Assembly (NCBI GenBank): GCA_964016885.1
Contig: OZ024741.1
Location: 27,528,001 to 27,592,000, forward strand
Length of the DNA stretch: 64,000 nt
Direction of reading: 5' to 3'
Source: Eledone cirrhosa
Lineage: Eukaryota
The notes beneath the pieces are model-generated. The model saw only the letters and a program-made list of their open reading frames with translations. It did no database searches and was not told the DNA's origin. This document shows, one piece after another, positions 62,959-64,000 of this stretch (positions are counted from its first letter, which is position 1; each line of letters opens with the position of its first letter). Both the position numbers and the translations under genes were made by a program.

Positions 62959-63051
62959 CAAGAGATTTTCATAGGAAAGTTTTCTTCTTGCAATAAACTC
63001 AGTGTGAGGCAGAGGAAGTTGAGGAAATGTTTCAAGACTCTGAGGCACCAA
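62959..63051 (-). CDS. CFAP221: CFAP221-like internal exon LVPQSLETFPQLPLPHTEFIARRKLSYENLL
   Basis: TCTTTTTTAG acceptor, GTTTGT donor, 93 nt, phase 0/0. The NLL|VPQ junction matches the recalled CFAP221 FNLQ|VPQ junction. Confidence 0.72.
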
Positions 63052-63122
63052 CTAAAAAAGATTCAACAAGGAAAACAAACATAAATAAAAAAGAATAACA
63101 CTATTATTATTATTATTAAAAT

Positions 63123-63322
63123 AGGGTGGTGAATTGGCAGTATCGGTAGAGGGTTGAACGCCATGCTTTCTAGCATAGTTACGTCCCTTTACAGTCTGAG
63201 TTCAAATCCCGCCGAGGTTAACTTTGCCTTTCATCCTTACGGGGTCGATAAAATAAAGTACCAGTAATGCACTGGGTAATTGCTGGCCTTGTGCCTAACG
63301 TAGAAACAATTATTATTATTAT
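63123..63322 (+). mobile_element. Well-preserved S1 tRNA-derived SINE
   Basis: A box TGGCAGTATCGGTAGA, B box GAGTTCAAATCCC, core CGCCGAGGTTAACTTTGCCTTTCATCCTTACGGGGTCGATAAAATAAAGTACCAG. Flanked on both sides by ATTATTATTATTATTAAA. Confidence 0.9.
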
Positions 63323-63479
63323 TAAATATCATGACTAAATATTGTACAAGTGCCTGAGCATTCCACGTCCACATAACATACAACATTAATGTAATTATCA
63401 GGGAGACATGACGCAATGTGTGACATGACTAGTCCTTTCAATTAGACAATTAGAGGTACAGTCCATCTGGTCGGCCCCA

Positions 63480-63612
63480 AAATAGTTTCAAGCTTCCTAA
63501 TTTTACTCACAATGCACAGGTTAACTCGAGGCTACCCAAGGTGCCATGCAATGGGATTGAACCTGGTGCCTAATGATTGTAAAGGGAATTTCTTAAATAT
63601 TCAGCCACACAT
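63480..63612 (-). mobile_element. Decayed Octopus-type tRNA SINE
   Basis: CCCAAGGTGCCATGCAATGGGATTGAACC...CAGCCAC (reverse B and A boxes). The family is recognised from recall. Confidence 0.65.
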
Positions 63613-63702
63613 ACATACCTAACTACCTACGTACATAGGAAGATACATACAAACATACATAACCATGCAACACACATGAAAATCATTTAGATCAAGTGAT
63701 AC

Positions 63703-63759
63703 CTGTGCATGAAGCTTTTTTAAGTGAAGGAAGGCCTTACACTGGACCAACCCCACTCT
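63703..63759 (-). CDS. Possible further exon RVGLVQCKAFLHLKKLHAQ
   Basis: Pyrimidine tract plus TTCAG, weak GTATCA donor, 57 nt, phase 0/0. Only faint resemblance to CFAP221. Confidence 0.2.
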
Positions 63760-64000
63760 CTGAACAATGGTGACAGGTATCCAAAAAGAAGAACAGGTCA
63801 ACATTATTGGCTGCCATTGAGTTGCAGGTTTTACATCAGAGTTTTCCTTCTCCTGGAATGATGCCCTAACAAGGATCAGGGGTCTTTTTCTCTAGAGTGA
63901 CAGTGGTAAAATGTAGCCCAGTACAACCTCTCACATGGTTGGGTCATGGATGACTAAACCGGCAACCCCATCAAGCTTGCTTGGTGAGGTGGGTGATTTT

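Overview
Eukaryotic, repeat-dense animal genomic DNA. The SINE families resemble, from recall, those of Octopus (coleoid cephalopod); this is an inference. Two unrelated satellite arrays dominate: a 32-bp array (1 to ~17,590, open at the window start) and a 34/37-bp array (~40,480 to 62,490), both with nested higher-order duplications. I found eight minus-strand exons that the ORF track does not show as a gene. They splice in frame into the C-terminal 314 aa of a protein resembling CFAP221/PCDP1, a ciliary central-pair protein. The whole 22-kb satellite lies inside one 24,960-bp intron of this gene, and one exon begins with a recursive-splice-like AG|GTAAGT site. The introns and 3' flank hold a near-intact CR1-like LINE, decayed RTE LINEs, tRNA-derived SINEs, TTAA/piggyBac-type MITEs, a non-autonomous Helitron, a minisatellite built from a transposon end, and microsatellites. 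There are no prokaryotic features and no CRISPR array. Family and gene names come from motif recall, not database searches.
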